A stretch of 64,000 bases of DNA from positions 1 through 64,000 of the IMG/VR virus record IMGVR_UViG_3300028591_000168; one strand, given 5' to 3'. This document shows, in pieces, positions 7,492 to 17,543 of this stretch (positions are counted from its first letter, which is position 1; each line of letters starts with the position of its first letter). The translations under genes and the position numbers were made by a program. The notes beneath the pieces were generated by a model. It worked only from the letters and a program-made list of their open reading frames with translations, ran no database searches and was not told where the DNA came from. Source of the stretch: a virus. Lineage: Duplodnaviria > Caudoviricetes.

Positions 7492-9927
7492 TTAACGGGT
7501 GGTAGCAGGCCAGTTGCTCACGTTGTCCAGAACGACGATAATTTGCTGCTTGCAGTTCTCGTCGTTGCTTTGAGTCTCGATCGTCTTGATAAACGAGATC
7601 TTGCCAACGATCCCGCCGTCTCCTGACGTGTTAGTGACAGCTTTTGCCACCTTCCCGAACATACAAATTTTATTTTGCAGCCCGTGGATTTCTTCAGGAA
7701 CCTGAGCGAAGTCGTTAACGCCGCAGATCACCCCGTTTTGCCTGATAACGATATTGTCGAACTTTTGCAGTTGTCTCTGTTGCCAGAGTGCAAACTCCTT
7801 AGGATTTTTAGCTTCCTTGGGAAGTTCGACTTCGATGCGGGCGACGAACTGCCGCTTGAGGTCAGCTGTCTTTTGGACAGAGACCTGTTTTCTGATATCA
7901 CCCTTAGCGAAGAAGCAGCCGTCTTGAACGGTGATATCAAACCAACCGTTCAGATTTTCGCTGCCTGTCAAAGCCAGGTAGGTGTTGCCTTCTTCGTCTT
8001 GTTGCCAGCAACGCCCTTCTTCAAAGAAGAGCTTTTTGCCTTCGAAGAAGCTTGCAACCTCCTCAGGGTAGTACTCGTTCGCCTCCTCGAGCTCTTGCGT
8101 CCCGAGATGTACCCTGTCTTTGGTAACAGGTTCGACCCCGTCATACTTCTCTGCGATATCAACGCACCACAGGAAGTATTCTACAGGCAGCAGATAACCT
8201 GCGCAGTTGGACAGGTTTTCCCAGGTCACACTTGTCCACGCAGGGAACCAGTGTTTGTCGTAGTTCTCGCTCCACGACAAGAACGTCATACCGAGAACCA
8301 GCATGGCCCTCTGCTCGAAGGCGAGCGCTTTTCCTGTGTTGTGCAGGAATATAGTTTCTACCTTTTCGAGATACGCTCTCAAGGTGAAGGACAATGATTC
8401 GAACACTTGTTGCTTGTCCCGCTTCAGAGCTTTTTCTGCGCGTTGTTTGTCTTCGCCGGAAAGCCGCTGCTCCTTGTCAGCGGGCAGCACAAAGGTGTTG
8501 ATAACTTGCTGCCAGGTTAGTTTGATATCCTTCAACGTGTTGGCGAAGTATTTGTCACCTACTTTCTCTTCGACCTCGCAAAAGGTATCTACTATTTTGT
8601 AGTAGACGTCTTCGGGGAGACCCCACTGAGTTACGCACCCTTCTTCGTCGACAGGCGTATACGCTGCCAACTGCTGGGCAAACGCGTACAGTCTGCGGAA
8701 CAACGGTTCACGCAGATATTGCCCAAGATCGTACAGGATAACGTTAGTAACTTCACCTTTCCGATTCACCCTTACTTCGGTTTCCCAAAGCTCAGGTGCG
8801 TCGATCTTGTCGTACACGCTATCCTTGATCTTCCCTTCGAATACAGGGAGTAGCTCGCCCGTTGCCGTCTTGATCATCGAAACTTCGATATCTTGACGGC
8901 TGAGAGCCGTTGTCAGCTTGAACGCTTCAAGCTCAGGTTTTGTCACCATTGAAAGAATGGTAAACTTTTTGTCAGAGTCGATTATCGGCTCACCGTGTGC
9001 GCCTTTCATCGACTCTATCGTCATAAAGACCTCATACAATGTTTCGAGTGGCATACTGCTATGGCACCACATCGCCACCTTCATAGCAAAAGGTACGCGT
9101 TTAGCTTCAACCTTAACTGCTCCTTGTATATTTTTCTCTTCGCAGTATTTTTCCAGCTCAGCAAACGAGCCGAACTTGCGAGATTCGTAGTCGACAAACT
9201 TGTCGGGATTGCCGTCCCAAGTGCCCAAGGTAAAAATGGGCTCTTCCAAAATGCCGACTTTGAGAACGCTTGAAACTGCCTCAGCGTCCTCACTCGTATT
9301 CGTCTTGGAGCGGTAGGCATGCATAGCCTTCAGTGCGCCATCGACGGAAGTCGCAAGCTTGTAAACGTCGCGACCTTCTTCGTCGTCTCGGCCCATACCG
9401 AATTCAAGAGCTTCATCCAAGGTTTTGAAACCTTTTTTGATCAGCTGCTTGACGAAAGCGCAGCTTGTGTTCGCCGCGTTAACTTTTGAAATAAAAATGC
9501 TGATACTGATATCAGCGAGATGCGAGTGACGGCAGAAAATAACCGCCCCGTTTTGTGCGAACGCTTCGCGCGGCTTTTCGAAGTCTATCTGCACTTGGCA
9601 GTCGGCTTCGGTTAGGCCTTTTTCGCCCGTAACAAACGCGTCTGCGTTGTTTACGAGAAGGTCGTGCATAGCCTTAACGTCCATCGCGTTTTTGTAAATC
9701 TGTTTGGCCATGTTAAAGCTGGCCTGTACAAACTCGTCCCTTTCTATCGGGACGATAATGTCGATATATTGTTTGAGTCTTTTGTTCCACTGCAACTGCA
9801 GTTTCGGCTCGATTCGTCCCAATGCAGTGGGGGGCTGAATGGCCCGCAGAACGCGTCTTACTTTCTTTTTGGTTTCCCTTCTGATTTCCTTTTCTTCCTT
9901 GTGGGTCATTTTTCTTGTGATCGTCAT
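7492..9927 (-). CDS. 811-aa protein, possible C-terminal half or second subunit of a YonO/cRdRP-like RNA polymerase
   Basis: AGGAGG RBS; directly follows the DFDGD ORF; ISKVNAAN and DIEVSMIKTATG weakly resemble the cRdRP post-catalytic motifs (lG.I.N, VDfpKTG). Confidence 0.45.
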   Translation of the reverse strand: MTITRKMTHKEEKEIRRETKKKVRRVLRAIQPPTALGRIEPKLQLQWNKRLKQYIDIIVPIERDEFVQASFNMAKQIYKNAMDVKAMHDLLVNNADAFVTGEKGLTEADCQVQIDFEKPREAFAQNGAVIFCRHSHLADISISIFISKVNAANTSCAFVKQLIKKGFKTLDEALEFGMGRDDEEGRDVYKLATSVDGALKAMHAYRSKTNTSEDAEAVSSVLKVGILEEPIFTLGTWDGNPDKFVDYESRKFGSFAELEKYCEEKNIQGAVKVEAKRVPFAMKVAMWCHSSMPLETLYEVFMTIESMKGAHGEPIIDSDKKFTILSMVTKPELEAFKLTTALSRQDIEVSMIKTATGELLPVFEGKIKDSVYDKIDAPELWETEVRVNRKGEVTNVILYDLGQYLREPLFRRLYAFAQQLAAYTPVDEEGCVTQWGLPEDVYYKIVDTFCEVEEKVGDKYFANTLKDIKLTWQQVINTFVLPADKEQRLSGEDKQRAEKALKRDKQQVFESLSFTLRAYLEKVETIFLHNTGKALAFEQRAMLVLGMTFLSWSENYDKHWFPAWTSVTWENLSNCAGYLLPVEYFLWCVDIAEKYDGVEPVTKDRVHLGTQELEEANEYYPEEVASFFEGKKLFFEEGRCWQQDEEGNTYLALTGSENLNGWFDITVQDGCFFAKGDIRKQVSVQKTADLKRQFVARIEVELPKEAKNPKEFALWQQRQLQKFDNIVIRQNGVICGVNDFAQVPEEIHGLQNKICMFGKVAKAVTNTSGDGGIVGKISFIKTIETQSNDENCKQQIIVVLDNVSNWPATTR

Positions 9928-10024
9928 TTTATTTTCCTCCTAAAATAGTGTAAAAGAAACAATAAAGGGAAGAACAGCGTACGCTTTCAGCTGCCCTTCC
10001 CTTTCAGCGGCTAACTGAGTGGAG

Positions 10025-13000
10025 TTACCCTTCTACCACTTCAACCTGGAGCGACGGATCCGCCATTGCCCCAGTCCCCATGTGGTTTACTCCGTTGTCA
10101 ACGTTTTTGGGATATCTCATTGAGAACTTCAGGGTGACGCTATGTTCACCCTCAGGATCCCACGCGTATTGCTTAATTCCGTACTCGTCGACGAACTCCG
10201 TTGCCTTTTTGTCCATAAACAAGAGATACAAGGAGTCTCCGTCAAAGTCACAGCCTTCATTCAGGCGCATTACGAAGTGATTTGCCGGAATAACGACTAT
10301 GCCCTTAGACAGACTCTTGATTGTTCTGACTGTCGTGTCGATCAGGTCTTGGCTGATCTCTCCTTGATCTTTCAGCTCTTGGCCTTTCGCTACAACTCTG
10401 GCTATATACTCTTCTCTCGATATGGTTCTTGCACAGGGATCAGAAGAGTACATATCTGTCACCAAGCCGTTTGCACCAAGCACGCAGAACCCTGCTACCA
10501 TGCTTGCGATATCAGGCAGGATCATACAGTGAGTGCCGTCGATCGGCAGGTTAAGCTTGCCAAAGTTTTTGTTCAACTTCTTCAAGCTTTGTTTGACTAC
10601 ACGCAGGTAATCGTGCTTGAAGTAGTTGAGTGCGAATTTGGGGTCAAGCTTGTGCGTGACGTCGACAAGGTTAGGATCCTTTTGAACAATCCTTTCCTCA
10701 CCGGTGTCTTCGTCGATCTCTGTTGTGTAACGGGTAACGAAGTCGTCAACAGAAACCGTACGATCTTCTCTGCCAAAGATTTTTGCTTCTTCTTCTTGGA
10801 TCATAATAGACCCTAAGATCTCGCACATAAGCATTGTCTTTGACAAGTCACGCTTTGCAGTTGAGCACAGCATTTGGGTGCTGGTAACTGCACGGTGGTT
10901 ATCACCGTGAGCGATAGACAAGACTTTCAGTCCGCTCTTGTATTTCCAAGGCATATGAGCTGTCTTCTGCCCGTTAGCGTCAGTCAGGTACTCAACAGGT
11001 GCACCGTCGTCTTCACGAGTAGCGTAGAAGTAGATAACCTTGTTGACAATAGTCTTGTGTTCTACGCCACGACTGTCAACAAGAACGGTACCTTCGTTGA
11101 TATCAGCTTTGAACTTCCTGACACCAAGTTTCATCCAAACGTTCTGTTGCTCTTCTGTCATCTCGTTAACGTAGAAGACAATCGGAGTGCCTGTCTGCTC
11201 TATAAGCGTATGAATCTTTGCGTCGATAGTTTCCTGATCAACGATCAATCCTGTACGCTTGTTGACGTTATAGGCACGTTCTTGCAAAAGCAGTCCGACC
11301 AACAGAGCAGCTTCAAAGACAGTTTTGCCTCCTGTTTCTTCCGTAAAGCTTGCGGCGGCAAACAAAGCACTGATAAATCCTGTGCCGTCCATTCCTTCGA
11401 AGCCCTTACGGTCTTTGAACTTGCCAGAAAATACAACGTAAGATCTGAACGCTTTCTTGAAGTGATGGGCAAACGCGTTAGGCAGAACCATACGCTGCAT
11501 AAACTCTGCGTTGGCCTTGAAGTCATAGTCACCGAACAACGAGAATGCCTCAACGGCTCCGCACGTCATAGCGTTATACACCTGATCCCAGTTAACGCCA
11601 CGAGTAGCGTCAGGACCGGTATACGTGCCGCACATCCTAATTTTGAAGTTCTTCAGTTCGCCGGTAGACGAAGAACAATAGGCAGGTGTGTACGTATAAA
11701 ACCCGTTCTGATTAGCATACTCTCGCCATTCTTTAGCCGTGCAAAGGTTGCCGTTGACGATATTGAGCATAAACGAACTGTCTGCGGTTTTTACCACTCT
11801 CCAGAACGTGTCATTTCCGTCCTTAGAGATAACCTTGAACAAGGTCATTAACTCCGCTTTGACTTTGTTGCCTTTGATCTGTTTAATGTCAAATATCTGG
11901 CAGATATCCTCCCAGCTGTTGACAGACAAGATCAGACAGTCGTCCGAGTAGTTCTCCTTGTAACGTTCGCTGTTGTTGCTTTCTTTGCAGAAACGCCCCT
12001 CCTTTTGAACAAACAAGGAGAATACAGAAGAGTGATCGTCCAACAGATCGATAAAGACCTTGTAGCTGATCTCTTTGACCTTGTCCGAAACCTTTCTGCT
12101 CTGTTTCTCAAAAGACAGAATCGAGAACGTTACGTTACGATCTTTACGATCCATAAATTGTTTCCTGAATGCCTCTATGCAGTCTTGCTGCGTTTTCAAG
12201 AAATACTGCGCAGGCCTGTTAAACCTAACGCCGCCCTTGAGATTGCGCAGCATTGCAAGACCCTTCTGAGCTTCAGGTTCTTTTACTGCTCTCTTTACCG
12301 CTGAAATTACCTCCTCTCTGTTTTCAAGGTCAGCGAACCCCTGGTGTTTCTTGAGAATACCGATATCTTTCTTCAAGAGTTCACCGACAACGGCGTCAGC
12401 TTTTTTGCCGACAAGCCCGTTAACGAACTTGACGTAAGCAGCGATGCCTGCACTGCGCTGTTCTTTGAGAATGTTAATCGCCTCCTCTTTAGTAACAGTA
12501 GCCCTGTCGTCTCCGATAACTTGGTAAGTTCTGTACTTAACGTAAAGTGCATACCAAGGATCTTCACTGCTGATATCAGCAGCTTTAATCTTTTCGAAGA
12601 CATTAAGAGCCGTTTGTTCTATTCTGGAGTATTGCTCCAGCTTCTGATAACGGCAGAGTACCCATGCCGCCTTTTTAACAGCTCTAATCTCACGAAGATA
12701 CTGGATAAGGTTATTAAAGACAGTGTAGTAACTGCCGTTGACCTCATTGCTTGACAACACTTTGTTGATATCTGCGATTTTGGATACAAACTTAACGTTG
12801 TCCGCAATCGAGATAGCTTTCCTGTAGTGCCAAGCCAAGTTATCCAAAGCTTGATCAAGCTGTTCTTCAAGGCGCTTAGCACTGCCGCCTCTTTTAATAG
12901 CTTCGTAAACAGCTGCTAAAATTCTGGCGGTTTTGTCCTGCTGCGCTGCCTTGTCAGTCACTTTGTCGTCCTGTTGCGGCAACCTGTCAACCACAGCTTC

Positions 13001-14305
13001 GATATCAACGTCGCTGAACAAAGCTCTCGCAACTTCTTCCGTCACGTTCTGCAGCGGATTTTCTTCGTTAGCGTTTTGGAAGAAGTCATATACGACATCG
13101 TTTGCACTTTGTTGTTCTTCGATAAATATCCCCTCCTTAAAGTTAAAACGAATCCCTGCTGTTTGCAAGATAGCAAGAGTCATAGCAGTTCTTTTATCTA
13201 AGTCATAGACGTCGATAACATTGCTGCCCGGTTTCTGCAATACAAAGTTCATAAACTTGTTGGCAGATACGAACTCAACGTCTACTTTGTGATCCAGACG
13301 TTTAATTGTGAAGTTATCGTTGTAACCGCTGTGGCAGCATGCAACCTTGATCGTCTTAACAAGATCTGGCCTGAAGTCAGACCAAGCTGCTGTTTCATTG
13401 GTAAGATACAACATCCACTCCATCTTGACTCGGGTAGCCAAAGCGTCAGGTCTGGCGACACCGTCAATTGCACAAATGCCGCCTTTTTTGCCGCCATGGC
13501 AGATTAACAACAATGTTTCTTCGTCAACGGAGTACATAGTCCAACTTGCGTTAACGTTGGGTTGCAATCCCCAAGTGTCGTTGTCGTTGCCAGACATTGC
13601 GACTACTCTGTTAACAGCAACGCTATGTTTGTTGCAACGGTTGAGCAGTGTAGAAAACAGAGTCTTGCTGGCAGTTTTAGTCGCGTCAGGGGCGTATTTG
13701 TTTACAACTTTGAGACCGTCAGCAATTTTTCTGGCAGCAACTTTAATAATAGACTTGACAGTCTTCTTAATTGCTTGATTGCCACCAAGAACTGTTGCTG
13801 TACCGTTAGCCCAAGCTTCCCAACGGTATCCGTCTTGTACGTCTGCTGTGACGGCAGCTCCGGTTTCTGTTTGGCTCTCCCGCGTCAGCTGTTTGTAAAG
13901 CTGTTTGGTCAGGCCCCACGTGTTAGCGTAGATTCTGCCGAAGCATTGCGGTCTGGACAAGAAAAGCTTCAGGTCAGACCAAAAATGCGCCTGCTTGCTT
14001 TGTCTGACGACAATGCAGGCCGCCATTACGACAGCGGTCTTGCGTGCCCACATGGGGAATACCGCTTTTTGCCGTGCAGTGCGTTCAGCCTCAGCCTTAG
14101 CTTTAGCCTCAGCCTCAGCCGCGTGAGCCTTCATTGCTGCGAGCGCGTTTTTCAGCGCCCTTTTTTCGTCGCGGTGAACTTCTGCCCACGCTGCCTGGAT
14201 ATCAGCGCAGACAAGCTCGTTCTTTGTAGTTGAGATAATGAGATTGGCGACGGAGCCGCCCTTTGCCGCAATAGCAGCGGTGATCATTTTTTCTTTCAAC
14301 AACAT
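10025..14305 (-). CDS. YonO-like / cellular-RdRP-family (double-psi beta-barrel) RNA polymerase (1426 aa)
   Basis: MDGTGFIS (DGxGxIS), LQERAYNVNK (QxR..K) and GIVVIP...GCDFDGDSLYLLFMD (catalytic DxDGD at ~10235-10249); AAGGAGG RBS. Confidence 0.7.
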   Translation of the reverse strand: MLLKEKMITAAIAAKGGSVANLIISTTKNELVCADIQAAWAEVHRDEKRALKNALAAMKAHAAEAEAKAKAEAERTARQKAVFPMWARKTAVVMAACIVVRQSKQAHFWSDLKLFLSRPQCFGRIYANTWGLTKQLYKQLTRESQTETGAAVTADVQDGYRWEAWANGTATVLGGNQAIKKTVKSIIKVAARKIADGLKVVNKYAPDATKTASKTLFSTLLNRCNKHSVAVNRVVAMSGNDNDTWGLQPNVNASWTMYSVDEETLLLICHGGKKGGICAIDGVARPDALATRVKMEWMLYLTNETAAWSDFRPDLVKTIKVACCHSGYNDNFTIKRLDHKVDVEFVSANKFMNFVLQKPGSNVIDVYDLDKRTAMTLAILQTAGIRFNFKEGIFIEEQQSANDVVYDFFQNANEENPLQNVTEEVARALFSDVDIEAVVDRLPQQDDKVTDKAAQQDKTARILAAVYEAIKRGGSAKRLEEQLDQALDNLAWHYRKAISIADNVKFVSKIADINKVLSSNEVNGSYYTVFNNLIQYLREIRAVKKAAWVLCRYQKLEQYSRIEQTALNVFEKIKAADISSEDPWYALYVKYRTYQVIGDDRATVTKEEAINILKEQRSAGIAAYVKFVNGLVGKKADAVVGELLKKDIGILKKHQGFADLENREEVISAVKRAVKEPEAQKGLAMLRNLKGGVRFNRPAQYFLKTQQDCIEAFRKQFMDRKDRNVTFSILSFEKQSRKVSDKVKEISYKVFIDLLDDHSSVFSLFVQKEGRFCKESNNSERYKENYSDDCLILSVNSWEDICQIFDIKQIKGNKVKAELMTLFKVISKDGNDTFWRVVKTADSSFMLNIVNGNLCTAKEWREYANQNGFYTYTPAYCSSSTGELKNFKIRMCGTYTGPDATRGVNWDQVYNAMTCGAVEAFSLFGDYDFKANAEFMQRMVLPNAFAHHFKKAFRSYVVFSGKFKDRKGFEGMDGTGFISALFAAASFTEETGGKTVFEAALLVGLLLQERAYNVNKRTGLIVDQETIDAKIHTLIEQTGTPIVFYVNEMTEEQQNVWMKLGVRKFKADINEGTVLVDSRGVEHKTIVNKVIYFYATREDDGAPVEYLTDANGQKTAHMPWKYKSGLKVLSIAHGDNHRAVTSTQMLCSTAKRDLSKTMLMCEILGSIMIQEEEAKIFGREDRTVSVDDFVTRYTTEIDEDTGEERIVQKDPNLVDVTHKLDPKFALNYFKHDYLRVVKQSLKKLNKNFGKLNLPIDGTHCMILPDIASMVAGFCVLGANGLVTDMYSSDPCARTISREEYIARVVAKGQELKDQGEISQDLIDTTVRTIKSLSKGIVVIPANHFVMRLNEGCDFDGDSLYLLFMDKKATEFVDEYGIKQYAWDPEGEHSVTLKFSMRYPKNVDNGVNHMGTGAMADPSLQVEVVEG

Positions 14306-14342
14306 TTTTAACGCCCTCCTTAAGGGTAAACAGAATATTAAC

Positions 14343-14361
14343 AACGGCTTTATATAAACAC
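14343..14361 (-). promoter_or_regulatory. Class II upstream motif GTGTTTAYATA(A/GAT)AGCCGTT, copy 1 of 6
   Basis: Also at 15859, 16686, 20121, 22824 and partially 28719; 31-39 nt before the start codon in 5 copies. Confidence 0.65.
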
Positions 14362-14403
14362 ACCACAACAACAATGCTGTGCGGCGTGATTGTTGGTAAA
14401 ACA

Positions 14404-14434
14404 AAAAGCCCCTCAGGTCAGAAACCCAAGGGGC
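14404..14434 (-). terminator. intrinsic terminator
   Basis: GCCCCT...AGGGGC stem with a T run on -. Confidence 0.6.
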
Positions 14435-14450
14435 CTTAACGTTAAGGTGT

Positions 14451-15824
14451 TTAGATTATGGTCACCTCCTTGTTGAAGAGAGCCGCTATCTTTTTTGCCT
14501 CGGTGAGATACCGAGACTCTTGTCCTTTTTTGAGCCACACGCCTGCTATCGAGCTGGGTCGCAGTATGGCCTCGTGATATTTTTCGGGTGTGTAAAAATC
14601 GAGCTGCTCCTTTGTTCTCACAAAGTTAGTTTTAACAAGCCAGTCATACCTCAGGCGGCAGTGTCTTTCGTTGTGCTTGACAAAGGACTTTACGTCTCTG
14701 TCTGCTACGCAATACACCAGCCCCCTTATCCAAAGTCCGACGGGGCCGACTTCCTCTCCCTGCAAAGAGCAGCATATCTGGAACGGACTGTAGTTTTCTA
14801 TGCTGTCCTTTATCTTTTGTGCATTTGTGTACGCGCCCCTCATTGAGTAAGCCGCAAGGCCGTGAGAAAATACCATTCTTTGAATAGCGTCTTCAGGCCT
14901 TATTGAGAATGACGTTAAGTCCTGGTCTTCTCCTTCCAGTGTGTCGGGCTCTGCATCGGCTATTGCCTCTGCGAAGGCCACCCCGTCAAATATGGGGGCT
15001 TGCTTTTCAAGCCCCCATATGATATCAAGGAGCTTTTGTGTCTCGTCATATTCTAAGCACGTGTGATACCTGGACATGAAGCACGTCAGTGCCGCTTTCA
15101 GTGCCTCTTGCGGCAAGCCGAGACCCTTTATGAAATCCTCCGGCACAGCCTTAGCGTGACGAACGGTATAGGGCCATTCAATGTAGATCTTCGGCTTCAC
15201 GAACGCGGTTCTTTTTTCGGTAACCTTGAAGCCTTTTACGGCCAATTCATACGGAAGACGGTGTTCTACTACTTCCGACCCGAAGTCGGCCCAGTCTTCT
15301 TTATTGTTTTCTTCCTTGCACCAGACTATTGCTCCCCACGGCAACGCCATTAGTTTGTCAATGGCGTACCCTACGTTCGAGAAGTACGCCCGTGTGTGGC
15401 AGAAAGAATCGTGCCAGTCCTCTTCGTCCTTTTCTTCCTCGTTAAGAGAGTCAGCAAGACCAGCCATTGCGATATCGTTGCCGTCGTCATCGCTGCTGTC
15501 GTCGTCGTTACTGTCGCTGTCGTTGCTGCCGAAGATCTTCAACAACATTTGTCTCTGCTCTTCAGCGTCTTTTTTCACGATCCACTCGTTTCTGAAAGCC
15601 GCTTCGCTCAGAACTTGGCAAACCTCGTTGATAACGAAATTGTCTTTTTTGCCGACAATCGCTGTTACGAGATCCGTGATCTGGAACGGTGCCAATACAG
15701 TGAGATCGACGTCATAGGCGACGACTTTGACGCTGCCGTCGTTGACGACTACATTGCCGTAGCGGGAGATAACTTTCAAGACTCCCGCAATTCTTTTCGC
15801 ATTGTTCAAATCGTACATCTTCAT
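14451..15824 (-). CDS. 457-aa protein with C-terminal predicted ART-like domain
   Basis: SHGLAAY...ICCS...GPVGL...DVKS...YHE...GVW motif shared with four paralogues; acidic linker. Confidence 0.7.
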   Translation of the reverse strand: MKMYDLNNAKRIAGVLKVISRYGNVVVNDGSVKVVAYDVDLTVLAPFQITDLVTAIVGKKDNFVINEVCQVLSEAAFRNEWIVKKDAEEQRQMLLKIFGSNDSDSNDDDSSDDDGNDIAMAGLADSLNEEEKDEEDWHDSFCHTRAYFSNVGYAIDKLMALPWGAIVWCKEENNKEDWADFGSEVVEHRLPYELAVKGFKVTEKRTAFVKPKIYIEWPYTVRHAKAVPEDFIKGLGLPQEALKAALTCFMSRYHTCLEYDETQKLLDIIWGLEKQAPIFDGVAFAEAIADAEPDTLEGEDQDLTSFSIRPEDAIQRMVFSHGLAAYSMRGAYTNAQKIKDSIENYSPFQICCSLQGEEVGPVGLWIRGLVYCVADRDVKSFVKHNERHCRLRYDWLVKTNFVRTKEQLDFYTPEKYHEAILRPSSIAGVWLKKGQESRYLTEAKKIAALFNKEVTII

Positions 15825-15900
15825 TTTTAATATCCCCTTTTTAGTTAAACTTGTTGATAACGGCATCTATGTAAACACGACAAGGCGTGATAAAACAGTA

Positions 15901-15974
15901 TTTTGTTCCTTCTGCTGTTTATGGGGGCTTAGGACCCTTTCTTCTGATATCAAAAGAAGCCGCATTAAACAAAA
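15901..15974 (-). ncRNA. twister ribozyme A
   Basis: UUUUGUU-UAA-UGC-GGC-[P3]-AGGGUCCUAAGCCCCC-AUAAACA-GCA-GAAGG-AACAAAA; P1, P2, P4 and both pseudoknots intact; predicted cleavage 15967/15966. Confidence 0.88.
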
Positions 15975-15997
15975 AAGGGGGAAAGAATCCCCCCTTA
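15971..15997 (-). terminator. intrinsic terminator abutting twister A
   Basis: AAGGGGGG ATTCTTT CCCCCTT TTTT on -. Confidence 0.7.
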
Positions 15998-16007
15998 TCT
16001 TGTTTTG

Positions 16008-16652
16008 TTATCTTGTCCTGTAGAACAATTCCACAAGGTTGTCAGCCTCGTAGAACGTCCAAGACAAGTTGTGATAGTCTATGTCTGCAATTGCTACGGT
16101 CTTGCTGCGGTTCATAAAGTGGACCTTAATGTTAAAACCGTAGCTGTTCTCGAAAGAGAAGTCGGCGAGCATACCGCCGTAGCAGCACATCACGTTAACT
16201 GTGATATCACTGTTGACTTCGACGTAAGCCCACGACAAGATATTGTCAATGAGTACCCCTATGTCGTATTCGTCGCACGATACTTCGGGGTCTGTCTCGA
16301 ATACCTTTGCGTACAAACCACCCTGGCGTGCACCGTGGCAAAAGAGAAAATACTCGTTGTCAGCAGTAACGCCGAGCAGCCAGCCGCTGCCTTGGGGCAC
16401 GCCGCCGTAGCATTGTTCTTCGTACACAACGCGTTTCAGCTGCACGTTATGAACTGCGAAGTTACCGCCGTGGCGCAAGTACCACGATATGAAATCGCAG
16501 ACGCTTTGTTTCTGTTCGCTATCCGATTTCCACCAAGCGTCAAGGCTGAACGCAAGGTGGTCTTTGATATCGATCGTGCACGGGTTCAGAACCGGTGTAT
16601 AGGTGTTAGCCTGCTCGATAGTGCCTTCTACTTCTGTGATTTCCCATTTCAT
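16008..16652 (-). CDS. hypothetical protein (214 aa)
   Basis: GGGAGG RBS; class II motif 34 nt upstream. Confidence 0.8.
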   Translation of the reverse strand: MKWEITEVEGTIEQANTYTPVLNPCTIDIKDHLAFSLDAWWKSDSEQKQSVCDFISWYLRHGGNFAVHNVQLKRVVYEEQCYGGVPQGSGWLLGVTADNEYFLFCHGARQGGLYAKVFETDPEVSCDEYDIGVLIDNILSWAYVEVNSDITVNVMCCYGGMLADFSFENSYGFNIKVHFMNRSKTVAIADIDYHNLSWTFYEADNLVELFYRTR

Positions 16653-16743
16653 AGTAAAAACCTCCCAAAATAATAAAGTGTTAGTAACGGCATCTATGTA
16701 AACACACCATAACAGCACCAACGGCTTTGGCGGTGTCATAGTG

Positions 16744-16772
16744 TTGACAAAGAAAAAACCCTATGATATCAT
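16744..16772 (+). promoter_or_regulatory. sigmaA-type promoter, antisense to the HExxH gene array
   Basis: TTGACA-17-TATCAT. Confidence 0.6.
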
Positions 16773-16814
16773 AAAGATACTATTCTTAATAGCATTCCTC
16801 ATAAAAAGATAGGG

Positions 16815-16841
16815 GAGCAGTTTAACGTCATGCTCAGGACG
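16815..16841 (-). ncRNA. H-type pseudoknot motif, copy 3
   Basis: CGUC-CU-GAGCA-U-GACG-UUAAAC-UGCUC. Confidence 0.6.
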
Positions 16842-16860
16842 GATATCAACATTTTGTGGG

Positions 16861-17385
16861 CTAAAACACGGCAGTTAATCCAAGCACCTGTATTGCCTCA
16901 GGATGTTCGGATGATTTCAACTCTTGAATTGCAAGAGCAACAAATGATCTTATCGCAAATTGAGTTTTTACGTTATAGATCATGTTTTCCTCTACTTTCT
17001 GCAAAAGAGCGGGAGGTCGTGTACGATATAGTTCGAAGTATCGTGCTTCAATCTCATGCGGAGCAAAGAGGTCAAAGCTGGCTTGCAAACCATATCGCAC
17101 AAATTGTTTTCTTACGGAAGACAAAAGTTGTAGCTGCCATAAAGTCTCTTTTTGTTGAACTACGTGCCAAAATTCGTGGGCTATTACGGCTTCTATACCG
17201 TTTAACGCAACATTTGCAAGGTTAACAACAATAGTTGTTCCTATAAAACGTCCACGATATTTTTTATCTGGCAAGCTCTCACAAGAAAGAGAAATATTAG
17301 GAACATGATATTTCTGTTGTAATTGTAACAGGTATATCCTTCCTAACGTTTGGCAATACAGCCACTTAAGTATGATCACAGGCAT
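16861..17385 (-). CDS. HExxH zincin-like metallopeptidase paralogue 1 (174 aa)
   Basis: HEFWHVVQ...PHEIEAR; AGGAGG RBS. Confidence 0.7.
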   Translation of the reverse strand: MPVIILKWLYCQTLGRIYLLQLQQKYHVPNISLSCESLPDKKYRGRFIGTTIVVNLANVALNGIEAVIAHEFWHVVQQKETLWQLQLLSSVRKQFVRYGLQASFDLFAPHEIEARYFELYRTRPPALLQKVEENMIYNVKTQFAIRSFVALAIQELKSSEHPEAIQVLGLTAVF

Positions 17386-17406
17386 TCCTCCTAAAAAAAG
17401 ATAAAA

Positions 17407-17434
17407 GAGCAGTTTAACGTCATACTCAGGACGT
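17407..17434 (-). ncRNA. H-type pseudoknot motif, copy 4
   Basis: ACGUC/GACGU, GAGUA/UGCUC, loop UAAAC. Confidence 0.6.
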
Positions 17435-17543
17435 GAGACAATAATGTTTGAATATGACATACCACTATCAGAACCGGAACGTTGCAGTATTGCGAGAATT
17501 CCTAAGAATCTTTCTATTCGCACAGCGTTTTATGGTCCTGATA

